DNA from: Eledone cirrhosa
Lineage: Eukaryota
DNA length: 64,000 bases
Assembly (NCBI GenBank): GCA_964016885.1
Contig: OZ024742.1
Span: forward strand, 103,850,001-103,914,000
Direction: 5' to 3'
In this document: positions 39,530 to 51,629 of the stretch, piece by piece
Position numbering within the stretch: the stretch's first letter is position 1
Layout of the letters: the number at the start of each line of letters is the position of its first letter
Program-made: the position numbers and the translations under genes
The notes under the pieces: model-generated
Database searches by the model: none
What the model was told of the DNA's origin: nothing
What the model saw: only the letters and a program-made list of their open reading frames with translations

Positions 39530-40010
39530 CTTCGTTGGGTATAGGTAACATAGTCTCCCACTCTCTTTCAGAAGTATTCTCCTCATTCAGCAACATCTTA
39601 TCACAATATTTCCATAACCTCTACATTCAATTTCCATGTTTTGCTACCAAGCATTGTTACACTTTTTATACAAGTATCATACAATCAGCCCTTCACATAG
39701 AAAGAAAATCCCCTTGTTGCCAAAAAAAGGTAATAGATAAATCCCTCAAAGTTTTTCCACCTTGTTCTTACTCTGGTTACTATGTTTTTAGAATGCATTC
39801 CTCCACAATTAATTAGGCCACTTAGGTAATAGAACAACTTCTAGCAAAACTTCTATGCATTTGAAAGAATTTACTTTATGAGATGGGGGGCTCCTATTGC
39901 AAACTAATCATGTGCTTCTGCTAGATGCAAAATTCTTCTTCCCTCACAACCTGTCTATGACCCCACTGCATCTCTTGTGCACATATATTTGATAGAGAAT
40001 ACAGAGTTCT
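39530..40010 (-). mobile_element. Old decayed RTE fragment (PHD-RT region)
   Basis: Reverse complement contains GTGCACAAGAGATGCAGTGGG (VHKRCSG) and GTGAAGGGCTGATTGTATGAT. Confidence 0.7.
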
Positions 40011-43000
40011 GCATATTTAACATGGCTACCATATAACATATAAATGGTTCTTCTCTAAATAAACTGTGGCATAAACTGAGATAAAGTGTCTTGCCACAAT
40101 GAAACACATCCAAACAGTGAATTTCAACTTATAGTCCTATACATTATCCACTAAGGTATTCTGTCCCTACAAATACCAATCTAACAATAGGGTTGTTGTT
40201 ATTGTTGCCTACCCTGTAGCACAGCTAGTGTTAGTACCACAAAAAATGTTCTCAGTACATGCTGTAAAGTGGTTGGGGTTAGGAAGGGCATTCAGCCTTA
40301 GAAAACTAAGCCAAAAAAAAAAAAAACAGAACCTATGAACAAAACAGTCACTTGGCTCTGTCTAGCCTCAGAACATGACAACCCATCTAACCCATGCAAG
40401 CATAAAAAAATTGACATATGATGATGATGATGGTGAACAGATAGCCACATTTGGACATATGTGCAAACATACACAGTGGTTACCCTACTATCAATTACAG
40501 TAGTTTATCACAAAATTACACATTGTTAAATGTACAATTATTTTAATTGAATAGTCTCATTTAATAATAGGTTGATTGTTTAATCTAGTGAGAAGATAAG
40601 TGAGGCCTTAGATATTCTTGGCTGCTCTTTGTAGAAGGAAGAGAAAGGCCTTTAACTACTGTAGAGTATTTTATTTAACACTCTGCTGTTTCTGCTAGTC
40701 TATCAGTAGAAGCCTTATCTAATGTTTTCTAATTTAGGCACAAGGCTAGCAATTTAGGAGAAGGGAAAGTTGATTATATTAATCTCAGTGCTTGACTGAA
40801 ACTTTATTTTATCGATCCAGAAAGGATAAAAGGCAAAGTTGTGATGTAACCTCATAAACAGCCAGCTAAACATATGCAGGTTGGAGCTATAAAAACAATA
40901 AATCATCATGTGAATGGTGTCCAAGACAAACTAGATAATGTAGTTATAGATACACTATTCCTGAAAGCAAGACCTGATGGTTATGGTTAAAAATCCTTTG
41001 ATCATAAGTTTGCTTGATCAGTAACTGCTGTTCCAAGAAAAAAAAAACTGCTCTAGAAAATTATTAGAAGACTCAGGTAAATGAATCAAGTTATCAATAT
41101 AATAAAAAGTCACAGAAAATTAATGCCAAACAGATGACTTGAATAATGAAAAGGTTAATGGTAAATTCAAAAGAGGAATAAAATAATATTGTAGAATTCC
41201 TTTGAAAATTTGCAGAAAAAGTTTAAAACTTGGAAAAGCTAAATTCAAAAGGTCTAAAGATTAATGTAACAGAAATATAGGTATAATACAGCATAGTAGA
41301 GAAGATAGAATGGTTCAGTAGTATCAAGGAATGGAGCTTTCTAAATAAACAGGAAACAGTAGTTAAGAAAGAACTCAATACTATATAACAAACATTTCTA
41401 ACCAGTGCTGTGATATATGTGCTGCATATAGTCCGCAGGCATTCAACAAGTTTTTGAGGGCAAATCAGAAAATGCCAGGATATTTAGGAAACTTGAGCGT
41501 CTTCAATTGTACCACACTGGTTCCTTAGTTTAAAAAAAAAAAAGTGCAATCATCATCAGTTAAAGTTTGTTTTCCCAGCTAGCAAAGGCTGGATGAGTTG
41601 TCACAGATAACCAGGGTCTCTGACCTCTCAAATGGACCTGAAGCATGATGGCAGGTTCATGAACTGCTGCATCTATTGAACAACAAATTTCAGTTTTTAT
41701 ATTAAAAGCCAACTATGTCAGACATTTAAAGAGTGTAATACTGTGTGGTAGTGAAACTGAAGTAATGCAGTGGATCTTGTAGGAAACTATTGATTGAGCT
41801 TGGCCTACTGGTTATGAGGTGGTGAATTAGCAGAGTTGTTAGAATATTGGATATTCAATATGGCTTTCTGTGCTCTTAATTAAAAACCTGCCAAGATCAA
41901 CTTTTCCTTTTGAGTTCGACAAAATAAATACCAGTCCACTATTGGGGCCAGTTCTTCTATATCACTTTTTCACTTCCTTTCTCTTTCCCCAGAAGAAATT
42001 AGCCGTGTTCGGAGTTGGAGAGGTGATGAGCTCCACCAGGATTAAAATGGCCAAGACACATTGTATGTCATTATGGCACCTCTACAATTCCATTAGGAGC
42101 TACAGGGCCATATATACTATTGGATATTATTGACCATAAATCAGTTGAGAATGTAACCAGTCAAGGACCTTGGTCAACATGTATGAAGTAAGGTTGCAAG
42201 CTGAATGTAAAGAAGGTGCAGTTGAGTTAAAGGAGAACACAATCAATTCTGTTTGCCTTTTAGTCAACCTACTGCTAAACATAATACAATCATTTCTAAT
42301 TGATTATGCAGGCAAAGCCAATATACATGCCTACACATGTATGCACACAAACATATAAACAGAAATATTTATACATTAACACAACTATACATAACGTAGA
42401 CAATTACAAATGAAGAAATTCCGTCCAACAGACTTGCCTGACCTCTAACAGCATAAAAATAACCAATACTACATTAATACATTAAGAATAATGATATGTG
42501 AGAAAAAAAAAGCACAGAAACATATATGTAAGCCCTCACCTACAAGGATTGCTTCCTTTATACTGTTAATTCCTTCTATTTGTAGTATTTTAAACCACCA
42601 CCTCTTCAGTCCCCTCACACACAAACACAGCCATAAATGTTCACATACATAAGAACTTCATTATAGCTTGTTCATAAATATTTCTATATTCATAAGTGAA
42701 AGAATCAGCTAACATGCTTTATATATATCTATATACTGTTCTAGTCATTAGATTGCAGCCATAGTGAGGGAGCACCTTGCATTTAGTTGATCATATCGAC
42801 TCTGCATTTATTTCAGTAATGTACTTATTTTATTGATCTCTATTTGTATCTAAGCTACAAGACAAAGGGTCACAACAAACACAAATATGCACATCCATAT
42901 ATATATATATATCATCATCATCATCATCATCACGTTGATGGGATGTATTTAATTATGTCTCATATAAAATAATACAACTGGCTATCCGCAAAATACGTAT

Positions 43001-43168
43001 AGTTAGCACCTCAAATGTATAATTGGGATTATACTAAGGTATATCCTAATGTTTGTTGAGTGAGACGGAAGTCGGTCGGAGTATTGCTTAAAGCTTTCTC
43101 TGTTAATGTATTAAATATATATATATATATATATTTTTATATATAATCATCACTGTTCAACGTGATGA

Positions 43169-43217
<49 letters not shown>

Positions 43218-43585
43218 TATACCTATATACACACACACACAGGGGTGGGGGGTGCAGCTTCCATCAACCAAATATCACACACAAGTTATTGGTCAAACCA
43301 TGTTTTAAAAGACATATATGCCCAAGCTGTCAAACCTAGAGCCATATGGTTGGGAAGCAAACAAAGTAACCACAAGCCAAGCCTGTGCCTTTATATATTT
43401 ATATCTAATTATAGTTTATTTCATTTTGGTATACATTACTAATTACACTGAAGTAATAATAACAAAGAGGAAATGGCTTTGATTCCTACCTTTTTATTGA
43501 CTATCACAAAAATACAGGTATGCACTTGCTCTCCTCCCTCTGTCCACACACACATATATATATATATATATATTATATATAAAAT

Positions 43586-43970
43586 CATCATCATCATTTT
43601 AGTCCGCTTTTCCCTGCTTGCAAGAGTGGGACGGGAACTGATTCTGGCTTGATTTCTACAGCTGGATGCCCTTCCTAACACCAACCTCATTTACAGTGAG
43701 TGCTGGGTGTTTTTTTTTTCCGTGGCACCTACACGTCCACTTTACAATGTGGGCTGGGTGCTTTTTTGCTGTGGCACCTCCATGACCACTTTGCAGTGGA
43801 ATGATAGGAACCCCAGTCCTCATCATCTCATTTCTACAGCTGAGTAAGCTGGAGCAATGTGAAATAAAGTGTCTTGCTCAAATAAACAACACATCACCCG
43901 GTCCAAGAATTGAACTCACAACCTTTCGATTGCAAGCCCAATGCTCTAACCACTAAGTCATGTGCCTTCA
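43586..43970 (-). mobile_element. Full-length SINE S3: tRNA head + Nin/Deu-like core + RTE-derived tail
   Basis: Minus strand TGACTTAGTGG A box, GAGTTCAATTC B box, TTGAGCAAGACACTTTATTTCACATTGCTCCAG core, about 150 nt matching LINE 23640-23787, then (TGA)n. Confidence 0.9.
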
Positions 43971-43971
43971 T

Positions 43972-44323
43972 CAGTCAGTAGGCACCTCTAACAAAAATAC
44001 ACCCCCACCCCATCCACACCACCCCTTTCAATGTAAAGTTATGTTGGTACCACAACATCCAGTTCGAAACAAATGAGGTCGTGTAGGTGTCACGACAAAA
44101 AAACACACAGTCCACGCTGTAATGTGGCCGTGTAGGTAACACGGTAAAAACCTCCCAGTCCACACTGTAAACGTGGTTGGTGTTAGGAAGGAGATCCAGC
44201 CGTAGAAAACCCGCCAGACAGGCCTATGCGAGCATGACAACCACTCTTGCCTCAAGTGGGAAAACTCCCGTCCAAACCCATGCAAGCGTGGAAGATGGAC
44301 GTTAAACGATGATGATGATGATG
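43972..44323 (+). mobile_element. RTE subfamily 1, 3' UTR-only insertion
   Basis: Nearly identical to about 2802-3167 and 47342-47706. Confidence 0.93.
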
Positions 44324-44352
44324 AGATATATATATATATATATATATATATA

Positions 44353-45617
44353 CAGGGTGTGGACAATATTTGTTCGCAATTTTCAACTGCTAATTTTATG
44401 CAAATTTATTTTAATTCCGTTGTCACTCTTGACTTCATAAAAACAGTGACTATATTTCCATTATTTATTTTCAGAATAATTGATTATGAATAATTTTGAA
44501 CCTCCAAATTTGTGGAAGAGACACGGAGTTCTTCTTGGAATCCACGCTGGGAGGACAAGTAAGGAAATTTCAGACTTTCTCAGCGTCAGCAGGAGAATGG
44601 TGAAAAAGGTCAGAAAGGAATTGGAAGATTCAGGATTCGACTACGAAGCAAAATCAGAGAGGAAAACACATGATCGACGATCTGACGCCTTCAGAACGCT
44701 CTAGTTCATCGCTGAAGTTCAGGATATCATCAAAAATGAACCTAGCAAGTCGATGCGTACCATTGCAAGGGAGAAAGGCGTGGATGAAAAGCCCATTAGG
44801 CTGGTGGTACATGAAGACATTCGCTACGTTTCATACAAGATGAGGAAAGGACAATTTCTGTCAAAGGTGATGCAAGAAAAGCGACTGAAGCACGCAAAGA
44901 AGCTGATCAACAAGTTGAAACACCCACTGGAGCCAGACATGCTGTGATTTTTCTCCGACAAGAAAAACTTCTGCCAAGACCAGAAGATCAACACCCAGAA
45001 CAACAGGTGGCTCGCTGTCTCATCCAAAGACGTGCCCAGAGTCATGCAGGCAAAGTTTCCAGCGACAACATTGATCTTAGGTGTCGTCATGCCACCTCAC
45101 TTCTTCCCTGAGGGCCTCAAGCTGAACACCGATGACTACATCCGCGTTCTGAGTGAGGTAGTAAAGCCCTGGATCGACCAGGTAGCTGCAGGTAGGATGT
45201 ATGTGTCGCAGCAATACTCAGCGCCCTGCCATACCAGCCGAAAGACCCAAGCCTGGCTGTCAGAGAACTTCATCGACCATACTTCACCTGTCTGCAACCC
45301 CCTCGACTTCCTTGTGTGGGGCGCAGTGGAACGAGACACCAACAGATCTAGCTGCAATATGAAAGACGATCTGAAGGCCAGGATCACAAGTGCCTTTAGG
45401 GGCCTAAGTCGGGGGACAGTGATGAAGGCCTGTAGCCGGTTCCGAGGCCACCTTGAGGCCGTCATCAAAGCCAATGGCAGGTTTATCAAGTGAGATCGAA
45501 AGAACAAGTCACGAAGACAAACTGACCCAAGTTTGATAAATATATCTTAAAAAATAAAACTACTGTGTTATTTTTACCTAGACAGTAATCTTGCGAACAA
45601 ATATCGTCCGCACCCTG
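44353..45617 (+). mobile_element. Tc1/mariner superfamily DD37D (maT-like) transposon with both TIRs
   Basis: TIRs CAGGGTGTGGACAATATTTGTTCGCAA and TTGCGAACAAATATCGTCCGCACCCTG, TA TSD. Transposase 44480-45493 in one frame with two stops; motifs FFSD, QQYSAPCH and CNPLDF. Confidence 0.92.
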
Positions 45618-46423
45618 TATATGTATGTATGTAGTTGATGGCCAAAAGAAAAGAGTACTCAATACTGAAGTAATATTGAAATATTCATTTCATTAAGGCT
45701 AAATAGTAAGTCTTGTTACTCTGGAGCCTGACCCGCTTCTCACAGGGTCATCAGATGCCTTCATAAAATAAATATATGTGTGTGTGTGTTTAACTCCCAC
45801 AGATGTCACTGCCCAATTTTTTTTCCATCTCCAAGAGTTTATTTACCTAACTTATTCAACTATGTTGTCATTAATATATGAATTGCGGCAGCTTTACACT
45901 ACAAAAAAACAGATACATTTCAAATTTTAAACTTGCCCAATTTCTTTATAAACTTATCGGTTTATTTACATTTCTAATACACACATAGGCAGTGAATTAG
46001 CAGAGTTGTTAGAAAGTCAGATAGAATACTTTGCAGTATTCGTTTCAGCTCTCTGAGTTCAAATCTTGCTGAGGTCAACTTTGGTACTTTTTTATCAACC
46101 TCAAAAAAGATTAAAGGCAGTTTAGTACTGAGGTCGATTCTTCCTCTATATCTCTTTCTCACATCCTCTCTTACTTTCTATCCTTCTCTAGAAGAAATCT
46201 GCTGAACTCAGGCTTGGAGAGGGATGGGATTTGCCAGGCTTTAAAAAAATACCCTAGAAATGCCATACTGCATCCCACAACTCCATCACAAGTTATGGGA
46301 TTTAATATTTAAAAAAATACATACACATACACACCAAAAAAACATATATATATATATATAATAAAATATATAGATTTACATATACATAAACTAGACAGAG
46401 CCATAGATATATATATAAGTGTT

Positions 46424-47706
46424 TTTCGAAACATGGAAGCATGGCCTAGAATCAAAAGGCCTTAAAATTAACCTGTCTAAGACTAAAGTTCTAGTTTGTA
46501 GGAAGGAAAATAGGGCACCGGTCCCATCCGGGAAATGGCCATGCTCAGTGTGTAGGAAAGGAGTAGGTAGAAACTCCATTTTATGTCCCAAATGCAAAGT
46601 ATGGGTGCATAAAAGATGTAGTGGGATCACAGGTAAGCTAACTAAGAACATAGATTTTATATGTGGCCAGTGCTCTGGTGCAATAAGTAGCAGCAAGTGC
46701 CCACAGAATACTAGCTCATTCCATTGCACAGATGGTTCTATAGAAATAATGGACACCTTCCGTTACTTGGGTGACAAAATCAGCAGTGGTGGAGGGTGCT
46801 CTGAAAGTACAGTAGCTAGAGTCAGAACTGGATGGAAAAAGTTCAGAGAGCTTATACCACTATTAGCCGCTAAAGGGTTCTCTCTAAAAATGAAAGGCAG
46901 GCTGTATGATGTCTGCATACGAACAGCAATGTTACATGGCAGTGAGACCTGGGCATTGTGTGCAGAAGATATACGCAGACTGGAGAGGAACGAAGCTTGC
47001 ATGCTCCGCTGGATGTGTAATAGCAATATACGTGAACGGCAAAGCATAAACGAACTAAGTGAAAAATTAGAAATAAGCGAGATCAGATGTTGTTTACTCG
47101 AGAGAAGACGTTGGTACGGTCACGTGATGCGCATGAAAGACGAAAGCTGTATAAAAAAGTGCAGGGCAATAAAAATAGACGGTAGCCACGGAGTAGGCAG
47201 ACCCAGAAAAACCTGGGACGACTTGATAAATTCCGACCTCACACACTTACACCTCTCCAAGACAATGCCACTGGACCGAGATCTTTGGCGCTACACAGTA
47301 ATACAGAAGACCCGCCTTACCTAAGAACAAAGCAAAACCTACAGTCAGTAGGCACCTCTAACAAAAATACACCCCCATCCCATCCACACCACCCCTTCCA
47401 ATGTAATGTTATGTTGATACCACAACATCCGGTCCGAAACAAATGAGGTCGTGTAGGTGTCACGACAAAAAAAAAAATCACACAGTCCACGCTGTAATGT
47501 GGGCCGTGTAGGCAACACAGTAGAAACTTCCCAGTCCACACTAAACGTGGTTGGTGTTAGGAAGGGCATCCAGCCATAGAAAACCTGCCAGACAGTCCTA
47601 TGCGAGCAAGACAACCACTCTTGCCTCAAATGGGAAAACTCCCGTCCAAACCCATGCAAGCGTGGAAGATGGACGTTAAACGATGATGATGATGATGATG
47701 ATGATG
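46424..47706 (+). mobile_element. 5'-truncated RTE LINE, subfamily 1
   Basis: ORF 46419-47324 closely matches 1920-2785 and includes the PHD. Full 3' UTR and (GAT)n tail. Confidence 0.95.
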
Positions 47707-47774
47707 TTTTTGGCAACCATTCACGGTGTGGCTCAATAACGAATTAATTAATTAAATAATCAACAATTAGAGCA

Positions 47775-48344
47775 ATATACAAGAAAGTACATCCATAGAA
47801 TCATTTGATAAAATGTATACAGTATTCCTTCTCCCAATCACCATAATCAACCAAACAAAAAATCAATTAAACAAAACTATAAGTTTAAAAAGCACCTTTT
47901 ATAGAAACAATAGATAAATAAACGATAGCTATTTTATCTGCGATCAACAGCCACAGAATATTTACCCAGTATTTCTAATAGCCCGTGGAAATCGATTAGA
48001 CATATAGCCAACCATACACAATTAGGTACAAAATAAAAGTTAGAAGAAAAAATGTACATAAACATACCAAAATTATTCTAACTTTGATTTTGTACCTAAT
48101 TGTGTATGGTTGGCTATGGTTGGCTATATATCTAATCGATTTCCACGGGCTATTAGAAATACTGGGTAAATATTCTGTGGCTGTTGATCGCGGATAAAAT
48201 AGCTATCATTTATTTATCTATAGGTGCTTTTTAATCTTATAGCCTTGTTTAATTGATTTTTTGTGTGGTTGATTATGCTGATTGGGAGAGGAAATACTGT
48301 ATATATTTTATCAAATGATTCTATGGACGTACTTTCTTGTATAT
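47775..48344. repeat. Long inverted repeat 1 (arms 47775-48045 and 48076-48344, 30-nt spacer)
   Basis: Arms aligned by eye: about 13 substitutions, one ~12-nt indel and one 10-nt duplication (TATGGTTGGC). Confidence 0.95.
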
Positions 48345-48390
48345 ATATATATATGATAATAATGGAGCTGCGGCGCTGAAAATGGGTTAC

Positions 48391-49125
48391 ATATGAAAAA
48401 GTTTGTCCTCATCAGTGGCCTTCCAACCGCCATAGGCATTTTGTCGCATTAAAGGCCATATACCTCAGGTTGGTGCGAGCAACGGCTAAAAAAAGTCGTT
48501 GGGACACGTAAATAAAGGGGACGCTAGGGTAAACAAACAAAATGGTTTAAGCAACAGAAAGTGATGAAGAAGAAAGAAACAAGTCCCAGATTTCTATGAA
48601 TATAAATTCAGTGGAATCATGAACGAGAGAATAAAGACCATCAAACCTGGTTGAAATGTGAGCAAGGAAGGAATTTCACACAGGTCTAACGGGAGGAAGA
48701 AGGGGTCTGGTCTGCGAATTCGGTAAACATAAGTTCTGTGAAGTCACAGACGAGAGAGAGAGAAAAAAAATTCATACCGGCTTGGCCAAGTGCCCACCGA
48801 ATTCGCAGACCAGACCCCTTCTTCCTCCCGTTAGACCTGTGCGAAATTCTTTCCTTGCTCACATTTCAACCAGGTTTGATGGTCTTTATTCTCTCGTTCA
48901 CGATTCCACCGAATTTATATTCATAGAAATCTGGGACTTGTTTTTTTCTTCTTCATCACTTTCTGTTGCTTAAACCATTTTGTTTGTTTACCCTAGCGTC
49001 CCCTTTATTTACGTGTCCCAACGACTTTTTTTAGCTGTTGCTTGCACCAACCTGAGGTATATGGCCTTTAATGCGACGAAATGCCTACGACGGTTGGAAG
49101 GCCACTGATGAGGACAAACTTTTTC

Positions 49126-49129
<4 letters not shown>
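48391..49129. repeat. Long inverted repeat 2 (334-bp arms 48391-48724 and 48796-49129, 71-nt spacer)
   Basis: Arms aligned by eye: 10 substitutions, no indels. Confidence 0.97.
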
Positions 49130-49159
<30 letters not shown>

Positions 49160-50768
49160 CACACACACACAAATCAATTAATAAATGTGTCCCTTTTCAT
49201 GACAGTGTGATTTGAGAGACATTTCATTGTTGTTTCTAACATGTTGAGTAACGATGAAGCAAACTTATTAAGATACATCATATTGATATGGCTATGTAAC
49301 AATAAGGACAGTAGCCTGAGTAGGTAAAAGTAAGGCAACATGCTATTGACATGTGACATAGTAGCTGGTAGGAACCAAAGTAAAGGCATGTCAAGTAAAG
49401 GAAGATCCACCAACCATAATCACATGCATGGATTTGAACCCAGAACATGAACCTGGTGAGCTCTTCAGCCATACCCAAAACATAACAACCTCCGTAGTGC
49501 TGGCACCACGATAAAATGTACTTGGTAGAGTACTGGATCATGTGAGGTGTGGGTCCCCTACCTGTTGGAGCAATCAATAGAGTGCTGGAACATATGCAAG
49601 CGAGATGCAGGCCCTCCGGTCTGTCAGAGTATGGGAATGTGTGTAAGCTAGATGCAAGCCCATCTGAGAAGTCAGTTACTGTGGCAACCCATCTAAGTCC
49701 TGCTCGCAGTGAAAACAGACAAACAATAATTATGATGATGAATCTAAAGGGATGTAACCAAATACCACAAGGTACCAATTCTGCCATTCAGTGTGTATAT
49801 CACAATAACTAGTGTAGTTTACACAAGTGAAGTGACAACTTAATTACATATTACATCATAGCAGTTAAAGCAGTCAATTTGGCAGAACCATTGATTCAAA
49901 TTCTGCTGAGGTTTACTTTGCCTTTCATCATTTCAGAGTCAATGAAGAAAATACCAGCTCTGTGTTGGTGAAGCCCTCTCCTTTTGGATGTTCTGCTGGA
50001 TCAGTAGAGAGAGAGTTAATTGTTAGTTCAAATCTCACCAAGTTACACTTTGCATTTCATCATTTTGGGGGGGTCAATAAAGAAAGTACCTGCCCAATGT
50101 TGATGCAACCCTTTCTCTCCAAGCTGTCACATACCGGATATTCTGGTGGATCAAGGGAGAGAGAGTATCTATCTGTGTCTTCTCACAACTACATGGATAC
50201 CTAAAACTCTTAACAAAAAGGTGGTGCACACTACTCAATTGCTGGTGTTGACTGTAGTTTTTTTCTTTTTTTGGGGGTGCATCACACCATATCAGATTTA
50301 GAATAGGTACACCATATATATATATATATATCCCTTCATGTAAGAAGCAATTAAAAGGGTTAGTGTCACGAAAGGCATTCGAATGGAAAACACTGCCTTG
50401 AAAAGTTTCATCCAATCCATGCCAGTATAGAATAGACATAAAAACGATGATGATGATAGGTTAGTGTTACAGTTTTAACAGAAGTTCAGTAGTAATATAG
50501 TAAAACACACCAAGTACCCAGCTGTACCATTGATAAAATAGCAACAGGTCCTTCAGTAGTAGTAATACACAACAACAGCAACAACAATAGACTAAATATC
50601 AAGGGCAAATTACTGAGACAGTTTCATGTGTAAACTGATTAAAGGATTAACTTATTTGATCCAGTTGTTGGAAGAGAGAGAGGAATTATTCAAAGTTCAG
50701 TTGTAGTTCAGGAGGAGAAAATGGGAGAGAACAAATTATAATGGTTAATTTGCATTGATTCCATTATT

Positions 50769-50773
<5 letters not shown>

Positions 50774-50838
<65 letters not shown>

Positions 50839-51040
50839 CATAGATGAAGGTGTATACACAGAACAGACACTTGTGTGAACATGTGTGTAAGCATGGATGC
50901 AAGTGTATACACAGGCACGCGTGTGTGCGTGTGCCCACATGCAAGCATGGATACAAGCGAATATAAGATGTGTGTGTGTGTGAGTGAGTCCATGCACATG
51001 CATTGATGCAAGTGTATACACAAGACGTATGTATGTGTGT
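50774..51040. repeat. (GA)n(GT)n microsatellite followed by decayed purine-pyrimidine alternating repeats
   Basis: Direct reading. GATGCAAGTGTATACACA recurs. Confidence 0.9.
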
Positions 51041-51459
51041 GGCTGGCCTGAACGTACAGAATTGAGTAAAAATATAAATACTGCTGGATGTTATCCCCCA
51101 CCCTTAAATGACCTGATTGTCAACATAGCATTTATGCTGCTGACACCTTTCTTTACCAGTGTGACTGTCACCACTTGCAAATCTCAGTCCTTATGTTTCA
51201 ATACAGTTTGTCAGGTACACACTAGGCACGCAAAATGACAAAGAAGTTTAGCAACCACCACCACCACACTCACTTTAGCAGGCAACGATATAGTGTGCAC
51301 GATTTCATATTGCACATTTGTTCTGATGAGAAATAGGAAGGTTGCAAATCCGAGTCTCTTATATTTCATTTTTTTTTTTTACTCACCCTAACCAAAACAA
51401 TAAAGGCCCTAAAATGCAAGAGTTACTGAGAAGAGAAATGGACAAGACAGAGAGAACAT

Positions 51460-51629
51460 ACCGTATATACTTAAATATAAGCCAACCACTTTATTTTATG
51501 TCTGAGAAATAGGCAAAAATCCAAGCCCCTTTTATAAGCTGAGGCAGCTAATCAACACATTTAGATGGCACATTTTACCATCGATTTTTGGTCACATATT
51601 CTTCGGCTTATATTCGAGTGCATATGATA
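51460..51629. mobile_element. Short pogo/Tc2-like MITE
   Basis: Imperfect TIRs CCGTATATACTTAAATATAAGCCAA and TCGGCTTATATTCGAGTGCATATGA, flanked by TA. Confidence 0.6.

Noticed and set aside
49070-49129. Intact hammerhead ribozyme in palindrome 2
   Set aside because: CTGATGAG is present, but no compatible stem II, GAAA and stem III can be built in any permutation.
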